64,000 bases of DNA from assembly GCA_964593065.1 (NCBI GenBank), contig CAZQGO010000001.1:268565-332564 (forward strand). The letters are read 5' to 3'. The stretch is from an uncultured bacterium (GTDB lineage Bacteria > Oederibacteriota > JAAXVQ01). The first letter of the stretch is position 1; every line of letters starts with the position of its first letter. The notes below the pieces were generated by a model, which saw only the letters and a list, made by a program, of their open reading frames with translations, ran no database searches and was not told the origin of the DNA. Below are positions 47,901-50,900 of this stretch, one piece after another. The position numbers and the translations under genes are program-made.

Positions 47901-50900
47901 CACGGAAAAAATGATCCTGGACCACCGCCTGCGCTATCTGGATTTGTCGCCGTACTGGCTGCAAGTCCCGCCGCTGGGCGCCTCCGGGGCGCAAGCCCGC
48001 TGGCGGGCCGCGGCGCGTGCACAGAATCGGGCCCGGCGCGCCATTGAGGCCTACAAACAGGCGCGTTTTCCCGGGGATCTGGCCGAGCGTCTGGAAACAG
48101 TTCCCAGGGACTTTCCCGAGCTCGATCTCGGCTTTGGCGAAGAAACGAGGATAGTGGAGGAGGAGCTGCCGGACATCGATTTCCTGGTGGCCCGGGTGGA
48201 GCGGAATACCGGCGCGGTGCAGGTGAAGGGATATGCGCTCCGGCAGCTGGCGGCCGCCGACCTGAAACCGGAGCCGGGCTATGACTACGTGATAGCGCCT
48301 CTTTACCCTTCGGTATATTTTCCGCAGCTGGCGGCCGAACAGCCCTATTATCAGGGCATCAGCCAAGAGCTTGATTTGCAGCCCGGGCAGAGGGTGCTGG
48401 TGGCGGGTCCCGGTACCGGTCTGGATGTCTGGCTCGCCTGGAGGCAAACGAAGAACAAGGTGTATGTGGTGGGCCTGAATCCCATGGAAATCGCCAACAC
48501 CCGCGCCTTTGCCGCCGCCGCGGGTTTTGAGGTGGAGGCCGTGGTGGGGGACAATATCGTCACGGCCGATGGCCTTCCGCGTTTTGCAGAGCCTTTCGAC
48601 CGCGTACTGTACAATACGCCTTTCCTGGCTCTCGGGGAAGAGGAACAGCCGACCTATTATGAATTTTTGGAAGACCGTTGGGATGGAGATTACGGCGGCG
48701 GCATGCTCCGCCGATTCGCCCGGGGCCTGCTCGAGGTTCTGAAACCTGGCGGCCAGGCCTGGATCTGGCGGAGCGTCAAACATCACCTGCAGGAATCCAC
48801 GGCTTGCTTGAAAACCGCCGGACGAACCCTGGACCCGGCCGTCCTGCGCGAGGGGCCGGACCTGCTGGAGGTGGAGGAAAAGGCCCAGGGGGTCTGCCGG
48901 GTCACGCGTCCGGGAGCGGACGTAGTGGATCCCAGGCCGGTGCTCGCCGGGCTGCTGCACGCGGCCCATGTGCGTTACGACCTGGCGGTTCGAAAAGTGG
49001 TCAATGCCTCCCAGGAACCGAAGACGGGTCTTTACGGAGGCGCCGGAGCCGATCTTGCCAATTTCCTGTTGTCGACCAACGCCCGCATCGGTTATTTCGT
49101 GGCCCGGTATGCAGGCTTGGATGTCTCGGATCTGGAGCGGCTGGCGGATTACCGGGGAAAAGTGAATCCGGACTATGCCCGGGAAAAATTCCGGAAAGGT
49201 TTTGCCTCCACAGCCGATGTGACGGCCAAGGAAGACATTCTGGCGGCTTTGGCGTTCGAGCTGGAGGCCCTGGGCGTTGATTTGGACCAGGTCCGCGCGG
49301 ACGATGATGCCGGGCATCCCCGCATTCGTTTTGAATGGGCTTACCCGGGAGCCGGGCCTGAAACTTACGCCGTGACCTTCCTGGACGGAGACATCACATC
49401 GCTGGGCGCATTGGATGAATCGGGCCGGCTGCCCGCAGGGTGTCCGCAGAAACTGGTGGACGTACTCGACGGGAAATTTGATATCTACTACCAAAGGGCG
49501 GGAGGCCAAATGGCCTCCGGATACGCGCAACCGCACAATTATATTCATTCCCTCTATGCCGCGTTGAGTCCCGGAGGCCATATGATTACGGATGATTATG
49601 CGCTGACCGGGCCACGCCGAAATCGGGTTATGGATTTCGGGGCTCAATTCCCGCTGGCTCTCGCGGAAGTCGGGCTTCCGCGAGCCGGGGACTTGGCGGA
49701 GGACATCCTGCGGGTACGAATCTCCCTGGCCGGCGTGCCGGAAAGTCTGCGGTCGTTGTTTTACACCACCGAGAAATCCGCGCCGGAAAATTACTACGGC
49801 TGGCATGTGCGCATCCGGCAGAAACCCGGCGCGACGCCTGCCGCATCCGAGCCCGGGCCGGCCGGCCGACGTGGCGCCAGACCGGCCGCGGCCCCCGAGG
49901 GACCACGGCCGCTGCCTGGAACCCAGGGGCCGCCCGCGGAGGCAAGGGTCGCCCAGGCCGGCCTGCGGGCACTGTTCCACGGCGGGGCTTTCCTGGTTCT
50001 GCCCGGCTTGGCGGCGCTCCTCGATCATGCCGGCGGTCTGGCCGCCGCCTGGGTCCGCCTTCTGACCGGCCGGCGGCCCGTGTCCGGCCGTCTCAGCCTG
50101 ACGCCGCCACCGCAAACCAGGCATCCCGGACCGGGAGTCGCTCGGGCCATCGCGCTCGTAACCCTGTGGGCTCTATCTCCGGGTGCGGTGTACGCCCAGG
50201 GACCGGGAGGAGATGCTTCCGTCCCTGAAAGATTCCTTGCGGTTCTGGCCGCGTCGCTAGCCTTCCTATCGATCCTTGCTTTGCCCTTTGTTTTCATGGC
50301 ATTGAAAGAGCGCAAGGTCAAGGCCGACTTGCTGGCCATAGAGCAAGGCGCGGCCCGGGGTGATTTCCTGCCTGCGGTCAAGGCGCTCGGCCAAAAGAAC
50401 GAAACCATCAGGGGGCGCGCCAGGGAAGTGGTGGCCGGGGCCGGGGTTCGGGCGTTGCCTGCCATGCATGAAATGTTGGCCACGAGGGAAAGGAGAATAA
50501 TCCAAACGGATGCTTTCTGGGATAGTTTCGGACGGGTCGCGGATCAGAGCTCCATTCCCCTGCTCGAGAATGCTTACGACGAGATGACTATATCGGCCCG
50601 GCGGCGATTCATCGATGACTACGAGATTAGTCAAATATGCAGGCTTCTGCACCGTCCGTGGCCGGTACACGAGTTTGAGCTGGCGGGCCGCCCGTATACG
50701 GAAGCGGACTATCACCAGGATGAGCGCCGGTTGTCGCAGTTGGAAAAACGCTTACAGGCGACTCCAGAGCAGATCGGTACTACGGTGGGGGATAAACCCC
50801 ATGTGGATCAAGGCGGATTCCGGACGTACAAAACGGTCTGGGAATCGAATCCGGAATATCCTGCGGTCCTGCGGTCAATCCGTGATTTGCAAAATCGGAT

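Noticed and set aside
47464-50124. 886-aa ORF on the minus strand inside the giant gene
   Set aside because: It is antisense to a region with clear methyltransferase and repeat motifs on the plus strand. Its translation is dominated by R/G/P/A/Q runs typical of non-coding frames in GC-rich DNA, and I found no recognisable motif or RBS.
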